Assembly (NCBI GenBank): GCA_973895155.1
Contig: OZ316892.1
Coordinates: 2,297,223 to 2,361,222, forward strand
DNA length: 64,000 nucleotides
Direction of reading: 5' to 3'
Source: Marsupella aquatica
Lineage: Eukaryota > Plantae > Marchantiophyta
This document shows positions 53,126-64,000 of the stretch, piece after piece (positions within the stretch are counted from its first letter, which is position 1; every line of letters starts with the position of its first letter). A model generated the notes under the pieces. It searched no databases. It saw nothing but the letters and a program-made list of their open reading frames with translations, and was not told the DNA's origin. The position numbers and the translations under genes are program-made.

Positions 53126-55594
53126 ATACTCGACGTACTTGAGTCGCCCCGCATTGAGGGACACGCCTGGACCAAGGGGGGTTGCCTGGAGCAGGGGGTT
53201 GCGTGGATCAGAGAGTGTTTTTAGGCCGTAACTTCTAGCCCCCTATGCCATAATTTGTGCTCGAGGCCAAGTTGCGGAGGGTTTTCACTTATCTTTGTTT
53301 CAAGCTAAGTGGCGGGGCCCATGAACCCTTTGGTAGGGGGCCAAAGCTGGTCTGGGGGTGGCAGGTCCCCAAAAGCATATATGAGGAGAGTGATTCTCTC
53401 AAGTTTGAGCTCGACCTGATCTCGATCGACAAAGATACGTCGTTTCAAGCTTTTGAGCGAAAACAAGCATAACTCGATGACTGGATCATCGTTGGGGGAA
53501 GTGCTTGGGCTCTTTGGAAAGCTAATGAAGAAAGTTACCTCATGGTGCTCTATAATAGTGCATTGGATTGTTTTGGTTTTGAGGCTTGCAATGGGGAGAA
53601 TTCCTCTTGCCGATCCAAAGTCGAATAGTGACCAAACGCATTTGGTTCCCACGGGGGCCTGATGTTGGGGAGGTAGAACCAAGTTGACTCTGGGGGCTGC
53701 CATTGAGATCTGGTCCCGATGCATGGTGAGAAATTGAGCGAAACTCGGTTCCGTTGGGAGGTGGCTAAGAACTAGAAATTGAATGATTCCGACGTGTTAC
53801 TACTAGCTTGTGACAAACTGAGTTTGGGCCATGGGCATGTCCTAGAGGCAGGGCAGTCAACCATTGACGGGGAGAAAGTGGGAAAGCTTGGGCGGCATCC
53901 AGTAGATAGACTACTTCAGACGAACAATGATCTCAACCTTAGCTTCAGCTTATGGCAAGGCCATGCGGGCTTGGGAGGCTCTACCTGCTGACCTACTTAC
54001 TAACAATTGTTGGGCTTGATGCGAGACAATGGTTTTGGGAGTTTTGAGATCAAGACGTGTTACTTACTGGTTGGTTGGTTGCTTGTGTAGATAGTAAAGA
54101 CCGTTGAGCGATGGTCGTGCTGACGAGGGCAAGTGCGACTTTGCATGGGAGTGGTCGCTAACGACACAGAGTATCGTCAAAGAGAATTTGCCCCAACATT
54201 TTGTGTTGGTGCAAGGTTCAACTTGTTTCAAGGCTGAGAAACGAGTTTGGACGGGCATGTGGTGGGAGGTCCACCACTAAATTCAAATGATGACCACAGC
54301 AAAAAAAGGCACAACACCTTATTAGAGTTTGTGATGTTGTCAAATGTGGTTGTCCCTTTGTATATGTATCCCTTAACCCTGTCACCCCAGCCAAGAGCTA
54401 GTGGTTTGGCCCCCAACCCCTTGTTATCTCATCCCAATATATATTGAATTTTGCCAAGTATATTTGTTTTTATAGAATGATTTCATTCATATATATATAT
54501 GAGTACCAAGGGGACTGGGTGTATACACTCTCCTTGCATTGCATGCACATGAGGTGTAAGTTGGGGCAGGGTCAATACAAATAAGACAATGGCCAGGGAG
54601 GGATTAGATAAGGAGTGTATTTGCAAGTACAATGATGACATTGCAAGTACAATGATGACATCAAAAGGAAGTACAATACTTTGTACTTGCTAAAGTGATG
54701 AGGAATATCAAGAGGGATTCTGCTTTCTTCATATTTGCCGTGGTTTTATTTTTATTTGTTCTCTTAGCTTAGCTTTGCTTTGCATATTTGATTTCTTTCA
54801 CTTGGCACTAAAACTGAAAATTTTGAATGATGACCACTTCAAAAAGTGGCACAACTGTGTATTATAGGAGTTAATAAGTTGCAATTATCATAGAATTGCT
54901 AGGGGGATATTGTTACTATGCGTTGGTGATGGCAGATTGAGCTCCAGGAAGTGATTCAAGAACAACACGGACTCAAATATATCACATGTACATAGTAAAC
55001 GCTGTACAGTTGACCACAACTCAAGAGTCACTTGCCTTGACAAGGAAAGGGCCCTTTGTCAGTGATTCTCATGATTTTCTTCCTAAATTGGACATCCCTA
55101 CACTAAACTAAAGGTGTTCTCCTACCTCATAAGTGAAACTTTTACTCTACATAAAACTGACATGCTCTTATCAATAAGTCTGAGCTGAACAAATTGTGTG
55201 CTTTTCCCATAAGTGTTCATGAATCCATATCAAGTGTTTGCACTTACATGCATCTTTTAGTGCAGCCCTGTATACACTTACAAAAAGTGCAGAATGGTCA
55301 AAAAAGAGGGAAGCTAGGATGGCATGCCTTGTAATTAGCCCAGGTTTGCACTTATAGAGTGTGTACTTAGTAAGCGCTGACTGTACTGTATGTTCCTTTG
55401 AAAAGGTGGGTAGGAAATAGTACCAAAGCAGGAAAATCATCCCAAGTAACCGTTCATAATCACCCCCAATTTTGATCTTTCAGAAAATTTCCCTTTCTTT
55501 TTGCCCCTTGGAAGCCAGTTTTGAAGTCCTCAAGGATACCCTTTGCAATGCCTTCACGCTGGATACTTTTTGCTTTCATTTAATTGATTTCCAT

Positions 55595-55674
55595 ATTTTT
55601 TTTAATTTTTTTTAATGGGAAGGGGGACAAAGCCCGAAACTTTTTTTAATGGGAAAGGGGACAAAGCCCGAAAC
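55595..55674 (-). mobile_element. 80-bp retroposed insert: two tandem poly(A)-tailed 3' fragments within one TSD
   Basis: TSD AATTGATTTCCAT at 55582-55594 and 55675-55687. The insert is (T-run + AATGGGAA.GGGGACAAAGCCCGAAAC) twice. Confidence 0.75.
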
Positions 55675-55992
55675 AATTGATTTCCATTTGAACATCCACA
55701 CTTACCAAGCTACTCTAACTTGAGCTTCTGGAGAGTTTCTTCAATTGATTTCCCAATGTCTCACAACGGACCTAACTATTCTAGGAGGTAATATAGTAAC
55801 CTTGCTTTCTCTTGAAATTGCATCCTTATAGGATATTCATGTCCCACTCAATTAGACACTACATACGTACCATTAGCTCATCACTCTTGCACTGGTACTT
55901 TTGTATATCTTGTTTTTTCGTCTTTTTGGTTTAAAGGTTAGTTTTTAAAAATGTTTTTAAGGGAAATAGGTCAAACCTCACAGATTAGGAAT

Positions 55993-56072
55993 AGTCAGTC
56001 ACAACAATTGAACTCTAGATCTATGACTCTCAACTCAAGTGAGCTACCACAAAGCCATGCCTCTCCTGGGCA
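55993..56072 (-). mobile_element. tRNA-derived SINE head, same family as 8468-8589
   Basis: AGTCA.TCACAACA.TTGAAC...ACTCAAG...CTACCACA.AGCCATGCCTCT..GGGCA aligns with 8498-8580. Confidence 0.65.
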
Positions 56073-57270
56073 TTTCTCCTCTCCTTTTGAGTTTGGTGTT
56101 TGTACTATCTGGACCACTTTTTAGGTTACTCCATTATTGATCCATTTCCCTTTCTATCCTGTCTCTTCAATATAGCATATAACATCCTAGAACATGCTTA
56201 ATATTTTGTCTTGTAGTGATATGTAAGTGGATAAAATAATATAAATAAAGCATATGCAAAAAAAAACTCATAAAATAAATGACCCATGAAAAGTTCAGTT
56301 AAGTTCTATGACACTAGTAGTGACCAGTGAAAAGTACAATCAAGTCAAGTGCTGTGACACTCCAAGCCAGGGTGCTACAATGTGTTCACTTATTAAGTCA
56401 ATGTGCTTTATTAATGACACTCAATTCAAAAAAAAACCATAAACTTAGGAAAGAAAGTCATGAGTGTAACTTAATACACTATGTGTTCCCTTTATTCAGA
56501 ATCATTTCTCTCTCATATGAGAAGTGGTAGAAATTAAAGTCATTGGATAATCTAAAAGACAACAAATATTAAAATTAAGAGGTCCCAAAATGAGTTCAAA
56601 ATTATCTAATATACCAAAAATTAATAAGAAAAACTATATGATACAAGTATGAATAAAAATACATGACGCACAAAATATGAATAAGATAAAATCTGAATGG
56701 CCATATAGCAGCTTCAAAATTTAAATATCTGTTTCCAAAGTTTTAGTATGGTCTTTCACACCATTTTGGCACTGAAAGGGTGCATGGACGTCCCCACAGG
56801 AAGCTTCCTCAGGATGGTTCATCTGCTCTATTTCTCTACGAAGGAAATCCAAACCCCCAAAAATCGTTTGAGCCAAAAATGATGTTCCCAGATGAAGATG
56901 AGGTATCGAAGCGACCTTCTTGGGATCCTTCCGACAGGATGGCCATTCTGGTTCCGCAGGTGGGCCTGCTCCCTCCAGTCCAATCCTCCTCTCGATCGAT
57001 CGACCCACCGATCCCCACCACGGGAGGAGAGGTCTACTGTGTCTGAGGTACAGAACAGCAACGCCCTCGTAGCTATGGCGGGGTACAGAATCTCGGGACA
57101 AAGGGACTGATGCGTGAATGTGCCGTGAGATATCAGGACGTCCGCAGACACTTAGCTTCCGTCAGGTAAGGTACAGTAGACTGCTACACTATTAATAAAT
57201 ACCAAAATGAAGACGATGAGACAATGATCAAGAGCAGCTTGTTGTTTGTGGGACTGTGGGTCAGTCAGTG

Positions 57271-57278
57271 TATATAAA
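57271..57278 (+). promoter_or_regulatory. Candidate TATA box of ABCG paralogue 2
   Basis: TATATAAA, positionally conserved with the TATAAA at 33398. Confidence 0.55.
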
Positions 57279-57841
57279 GTGGGAATCCAGCTCAATTCCC
57301 CAACAAAAGCTTGTGACGATCATCGACTCCCCATCCTTTTGTGTATACTTCGCAAGAGGACAAGTGTTGAAAATCTGTGCTGGTGCTGCATCGTATGTGA
57401 TGAAATCTGTGCCGCTGCATGAATGGGAGATGACTGTAACAAGCAGCTCGTGTTGCAGTGGACCCGACGGATTTTCGAAAGCCAGATTTTCTCGTGAGTC
57501 CTTGATCTCAATTTTGGACACAAATGTGTTACAGCACAGCACATTCTGTGATGTATTGTCGGAGGGACTGAATTGAAAGCCTCGCGCGCTCTTCTTTTTA
57601 TAGGAGCTGGAGTTCGTTCAATGAGAAATTGGAGAGACGATCGAGCAAGTCCAACGATGACGAGGCCGACTGGGCGACCATCTGGTGTAGCTCACACTGC
57701 CACTGGCGACTAGCGCGCTGGTCCGTGAGAATCGGAGCTAACTCAGCTGTGGGGGACTCCAGTGAAAAATATCACTTCTTGCACTGGCCAAGGGACGTCG
57801 CACATAGACTGAGGTGGTAAGCTGGTTAGGGAGGTGAAGAG

Positions 57842-60800
57842 ATGGCGACTACAAGCAACGTCCCTGAATCGGAGGCCATAGATACCTTCGATGACGGTAA
57901 TGAAGTGAGGGCCGCATTGGAGAGGATAGAGAGCAAGGGGAGCCGGAGGAGCTTCAGCCTGAGGAGTCGGAGTATTGGAGGTAGCTGGGGACTTGCCCCG
58001 GAGAATGTTTTCTCGAAGTCAGGATCTAGGACCGAGAGTGAGTTTGACGACGAGGAGGCCCTGAAGTGGGCAGCATTGGAGAGGCTGCCCACCTATGATC
58101 GGCTCCGAACTACGATCCTGGACGATCTGAGTAAAGGTAGCAAGCGGGGTAGCATGAAACAAATCGATCTCCGAAACTTGAGCCAAAACACCCTGCGGAG
58201 TGGAGTCCTTCAAAAACTGTTCGATGATACCGGCGCCGACAATAGCAACGCTGCTTTCCTGCTCAAGCTCCGTGAGCGAATCGACAAGTAAGTTGGTATT
58301 ATTTTGTTTGCATTATTTTGAGCGAGCTAGATGAGATTCCCTCATGTCAGTCGGAAGTGCGGTAGTCAGCGTAGGCAGCCATAAGTTATGTCGTTAAGTA
58401 TTCCCAACCAAGTTTACGCCCAGGCAGGGTGAGGAACGATCAAGACATCGTTATGATCACAGCCGTGGACGGGGAAGATGTAAATTCAAGGACTGAAAGT
58501 TTGCATTGTGCACACCTTCAGGGCCGGCGTAACTCTGCCCACAGTGGAGGTTCGGTATGAGAACTTGAACATCGAGGCGAAGGTGCAAGTAGGGGGACGG
58601 GCTCTTCCCACACTCGCCAACGCTGCACTGAACGCCTTTGAGGTAGCTTTTGCTAATATTCTCGCACCTGTAGTTCTCTGTTGTGTTTGTGTTTCTCATG
58701 TTTGCCATCGAGCTAGTGCTAGTGCACTCTCGGACTAACAGCCTGCTTTATCTCCTCATATTCACGCTTGTCTTGAAAGCTGAGTAGTGTGCTACACAGG
58801 GAAGCCTTGCAGCTTGAGAATATTCAGTGCAGCTTCGAAAGGGGATTTTGCATTTGTTAAGTGTTGTTCTGGTCGATTATTTTTGCTACTGCAGGGTTTC
58901 TTTACCACATTAGGACTTAACTGGGCGAAGAAGACGGACCTGACGATCCTACATCATGTCAGTGGTATTATCAAACCCGGCAGGTTCGTTCAACTGGCCA
59001 AAACTTCTGCTCTCTGCACCCTCCGACGCCCTTAGCAGGAAGGAATCTGGTTATGTTCCATTTGAAGACCATGGTGGCAAATTCTGCTACCGAAACTTTC
59101 CATCTGCAAATGCGCATTAATTACTGCTTCGTATCAATTGCCTGGTACTTACTGCCGTGGGTCTCTAGTTCTATATATGCTGTTCCTACAATGATTAACT
59201 TAATGACTACGCGCAGGATGACTCTATTGCTTGGACCACCGAGTTCAGGAAAGACCAGTCTTCTCCTCGCGCTGGCCGGAAAGCTTGAGAAATCGTTGAA
59301 AGTGAGTTTTATCACGCCTGGGTTCGAGAATTTCCTAAGACCCTCGACTCCGGAGCCTATTTTAGAACCGTTGATTTGATGAGAAATTGAATTCTTTGCA
59401 CCTGTTAATTTGGTGGATACTCGATCTGAGTTCGCAGGTGAAAGGAGAAGTCACGTACAATGGATACAAGTTGAATGAATTTGTACCACAAAAGACGTCG
59501 GCCTATGTCAACCAAAATGATTTGCACATAGCACAGATGACTGTCCGAGAAACTTTGGAGTACTCGGCAAAGTCGCAGGATGTCGGCCCCAGTCGATATG
59601 GTGAGTTCTCTAAGACGGCAATCATCCTACAAATTATTGTCACAAAGCATTGTCTCTCCTTGAATCTGGTTTTTGGACGAGAGATAGAGATACGTACAGG
59701 TATGAAGTGTTTGGGGAGAGAATTCGCAAGTCAGTCTTCAAAGTAAATTTTTGTCTTTTCCGGCTACTCTGCCTCCTTAACGGAATTCACCTGATGTCGT
59801 GGGGTCGATGTGCTAATGTGCAGATCTTTTGACGGAGCTGCATAGAAAAGAAAAAGAGCTTGGTATTCATCCTGAGGCTGATGTAGATTACTACATGAAG
59901 GTGAGTTGGGTTGCTCGTGACCGACAGCTCTAAATTTCATTTCGCTCTTTGTCCTTTAAGTCGCCAGAATTTGTTCATTTCAGTCGACATGGATGATCGC
60001 AAGCTGATGTTCGGCCCCTGTTCTTATCAACGCAGGCATCCGCGATGAAGGAAACTTCCAGCAGCGTTATCACCGACTACGTCATGAAGGTGAGCTGATA
60101 GACAGTGGCAGGCAATTGGACCGCACCGTAGTAGGCATCGCAAGGTTCACTCTGGAGCAATCGATTGTAACACCATTTTTGGCTTCATTCAAATAACGTT
60201 TCTGCGTCTTTTGTTGCAGATTTTGGGCTTGGATATTTGCGCAGACACAATGGTGGGAGATGAGATGGTCAGAGGAATCTCAGGTGGACAGAAGAAGAGA
60301 GTGACTACTGGTTAGTACTTAGCTATCCACCTACAATTTAACTACCTTCTCCGAGCTATCTGTTTTAAGTTGCAGGCATCGGTCTGCTCCATGCACGCAC
60401 AAGAGATAAGACTTTCAAAATTTTATGTGGCCCCGTAGACCTGTGTCGAAAAGTGGCAATGAATGACTGATTCATTGTAGTCACTGGATTTATCTGCACT
60501 GTCAAAAAAATAGATAGCCAAAGAAATTTGAGGAGGACTTTCTGTTTACATTTAGCTTGGTTGCATTCTGGACCTGACCTTGCGCGGTATGTGCCCCTTG
60601 CTCGTTCGATTTGCAGGGGAGATGATCGTGGGTCCCATGAAGACTCTTTTCATGGACGAGATCTCGACTGGTTTGGACAGTTCAACGACATTCCAGATTG
60701 TTCGATATCTCAGGGATATCACACATTTGTTGGAACACACGATGCTCGTCTCGTTGCTGCAGCCAGCTCCTGAAACGTACGATCTGTTCGACGATGTCGT

Positions 60801-63800
60801 CCTGTTGTCTGAGGGACAGATTGCGTACCATGGACCGATAAGTGACATTCTCGGATTCTTTGAGAGCTGTGGATTCAAATGTCCTGAAAGGAAGGGTGTT
60901 GCGGACTTTTTGCAAGAGGTGACATCTCGGAAAGATCAAGAGCAATACTGGGTGGACAAATCTAGCCCGTATGAGTTCGTCCCAGTGAAGGACTTCGCCG
61001 ACGCTTTTTTGAGGTCGGCGACTGGCGTCAAGATAGCCAAGGAGCTGACGGTTCCTTTTGACAAAGAGAAAGGTCATCCGGAAGCGCTGGCACGGAAGCG
61101 ATTCACGTTGTCGACGGCGGAGCTGGTCAAGATCAACTTTGATAAGGAGTGGCTTCTGATTAAAAGAAATGGCTTCATTTACGTGTTCAAATCTTGTCAG
61201 GTATGCACACAAACTCATCTGAAGCACTCTTTCGAGAATCCCTGCCATTGATTCCCGTAAGTGGCAGTCAGTATTGAGAGTAAAAGGTACATGCGCACAA
61301 AACTCATCTGAAGCCCTCCTTCGAATCCCTGGAGTTGATTCCCATAAGTGGAAGTCAGTCATTGGGAAGTAAAATGAAAGCAACATGATAGGGACTGACT
61401 CAGAACATAGACGTTGCCAGTGAAGAGCACATGCAGAATCAAAATTTCTACCTCTCAACTCGACTAAGGAGTTTGCTGCCTTGCGCGTGTGCAGATTGCT
61501 CTGATGGCTATAATTGCCATGCTCACCTTTTTCCGTACCAGAATGCACCGCGATAACTTCGATCAAGGAAACCTGTATGCGGGAGCCATATTTTTTGGAG
61601 TCTCCAACGTCATGTTCAACGGATATGCGGAGCTTTCGTTGATGATTGTCAGACTGCCAGTATTCTACAGGCAGCGAGACATGCTGTTCTTCCCGCCTTG
61701 GTGCTTCACTTTGGCAACTTGGATCCTCAGCATTCCCGTATCAATCATAGAGACCGTGGCGTGGTGTGGTATCACCTACTACACCATTGGCTTCGCCCCT
61801 AGTGCCAGCAGGTGATACTTTGTTTGGCTTGCCTTCTGATACTTCTTTGACATTTTTCATGGAATCCCTTACTGTTCAGGAAGTATGGAGACCGTCGATT
61901 AAAACCTTTGCATTTATATTCTTACTTGCTTTCCTCCAAGTCACGTTTAATCCAATCATTACTAGCTTCTTCAATTGATCTAGATATCGACTGTCCAGAG
62001 GGTTGCATATGTGTGTGGACGAGTTCTAAACTGCAATCACTGACTTGTTGAATTGCTGTATATACTGACTGTTTGAGATGGTTTTCATAAATGCAGGTTC
62101 TTCAAGCAGCTTTTCATATTCTTCTGGTTTCACCAGCTGGCGGCATCACTCTTCCGTATAATTGCTGGAATCGCTCGTAGCATGGTGTTGTCCAACACAG
62201 GAGGCACATTTGCTCTACTTGGCGTCTTCGCTCTTGGTGGCTTTCTCATCGAGAGGCCGGCCATCAAGGGATGGTGGATTTGGGGCTATTGGGTTTCGCC
62301 TCTCACGTATGCCCAGAATGGTGCTATGGTGAATGAGTTTCTCGCACCGCAATGGAATATTCATGTAAGTAGCCTGTAGGCACTGAATCATCTGGTTCTG
62401 AAGTGACTGTTGCTGTCAAGTAATCCTGAGGCTTTTTGTTACATTCCTACTATTTAAATATCTGGAGGAAATGTGACAGCGAAAATGCAATATTACTTGC
62501 ACTTAAATTTGTATCAGTCATACTTATGATTTCTTGGGTGCTTTCTTTGGATGGTTTCTTGGATGCAGACACCTGGCTCGACCGAACCGTTGGGGTACCA
62601 ATATTTGAAGAACATAGGTGTCTTCGCGCATGCTTACTGGTACTGGATTGGAGTCGGAGCTCTGATTGCATACGTTTTTCTCTTCAACTTCCTCTTCACG
62701 CTAACTCTCACATACCTCAACCGTATGTGTCTCATGCCTTTCACCTGCGTTCAACAGTTATGCACCGATATATTTTCCATTGAAATGTCGCTGTCGTGCT
62801 TCCATTTGAGTGGACTCATGAATGATGCCAGCAGTAGGGATCAAGCCCAAGGTGTATGGCAATCCGTCTATACAATGACATGCCTTGTTATGTTGTGCTT
62901 CAAAATTCTTGCATTGATTTCTGTTCCTGTTGTGCTTGAATTTTCCAGCTCTCGGGAGAGTTCAAGCCGTTATGTCTGAGGAGCAAAGAGCTGAAGCACA
63001 TGCCAATCTCACCGGCGAAGTAGTTGAAGCTACTATTCCATCCAGGAGAAGTAGTATTACCGCCACCATGCCTCGATCTCTGTCCCAGAATGGTTAGTAG
63101 ATTTCCACTCACAATTCACTTCGCAGTGAAGACGAGCTTGAGATTCCCTCAATCCTTTGTATCATATCGTGAAACACTTGGGTTCATTCTCAGTACACTA
63201 CTACAGTATTGCGGTGATTTTATAATCTGTGTTGAATGTCTTGTTGGAGGTTAAGGCAGAGCCCTAAGGCTCGAATTTAGACTTTGAAATCGATTTTTTG
63301 TTGTTTACCTCCAATGTGGACGATACTTGTATACGAATGTTACCCTTGGTGGAAAGAACAGGTGAACTATAGGCTAATGACGGACTCTTACGTGCTTGCT
63401 GAGTGCCTCACAATTGTGGCAGTGTATGCTTGAAGTACTGGTATGGTGCGGAAGCAGTTCAATGACACCTAATCATGAATTGCCCCTCCAATTTGCAGAG
63501 TCTGTGGCACGAAAGAGTGGTTTTTCCTTTGCAAGGAAGAGTGATGTTCAGATGGCCAGAAAGAGTACTACTGCTCCTGCCGATGATAATGACAATGACT
63601 CTGAAATTCATGATGTGAGGGCTAGAGCTAGCAATACTCTCTCAATAGCCTCCAGGAACTCAATGAATACGGAAGATGCAAACGGTGTGGCTGCTAAGCG
63701 AGGCATGATATTACCCTTCCAGCCATTGTCCATCAGCTTTGACGATGTCCACTACTACGTTGATATGCCAGCAGTAAGTCTTTCTCTCTTTTCTCATCTG

Positions 63801-64000
63801 TTCACTTTCAATAGACAAGACAACGGATGCTTGCCGTATCTTGATCTTGATTCGAGCTCGTCTATTCTAAGAATATTGGGAACTTTTGGGCGTACAGCAA
63901 ATGAAGGCACAGGGCGCTACGGAAGATAGGCTGCACTTGCTGAGAGGAATCACAGGAGCTTTCAGGCCGGGACTTCTCACGGCTTTGGTCGGTGTGAGTG
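57842..64000 (+). CDS. Full-size ABCG/PDR transporter, paralogue 2 (continues beyond the window end, in exon 15)
   Basis: Same exon structure as paralogue 1, e.g. 57842-58287, 58522-58642, 58895-58983, 59217-59301, 60617-61200 and 63499-63773. NBD1 motifs and TMD1 are intact. The window ends in the NBD2 Walker A (ALVGVS). No disabling mutation was seen. Confidence 0.95.

Noticed and set aside
60682-61566. 294-aa minus-strand ORF (also 33908-34555 and 41361-41840)
   Set aside because: Antisense shadows of ABCG exons; the equivalent frames are not kept open in the paralogue where this can be compared.

Overview
Eukaryotic nuclear DNA from a land plant, inferred to be a lineage with flagellated sperm because it carries a vasohibin gene. 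The window holds three host genes. (1) A spliced vasohibin-family (tubulin detyrosinase-like) gene at 7463-12963, almost invisible in the ORF track. (2, 3) Two tandem, same-strand full-size ABCG/PDR transporter paralogues: one complete with 20 coding exons (33995-43691) and one running off the window end (57842 onward). Mobile DNA includes a full-length but disabled Tork/Tnt1-like Copia element with LTRs, PBS, PPT and TSD (18876-25173), and a truncated second Copia with a half-tRNA type primer site (about 46253-48167). There is also a non-autonomous Helitron family with internal 17-bp arrays (3 copies), tRNA-derived SINEs, a hAT-like MITE candidate and many local duplications. Positions 1-6600 and 13000-16000 contain only weak, unresolved traces of decayed coding sequence. 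All calls were made by eye; no database search was run.
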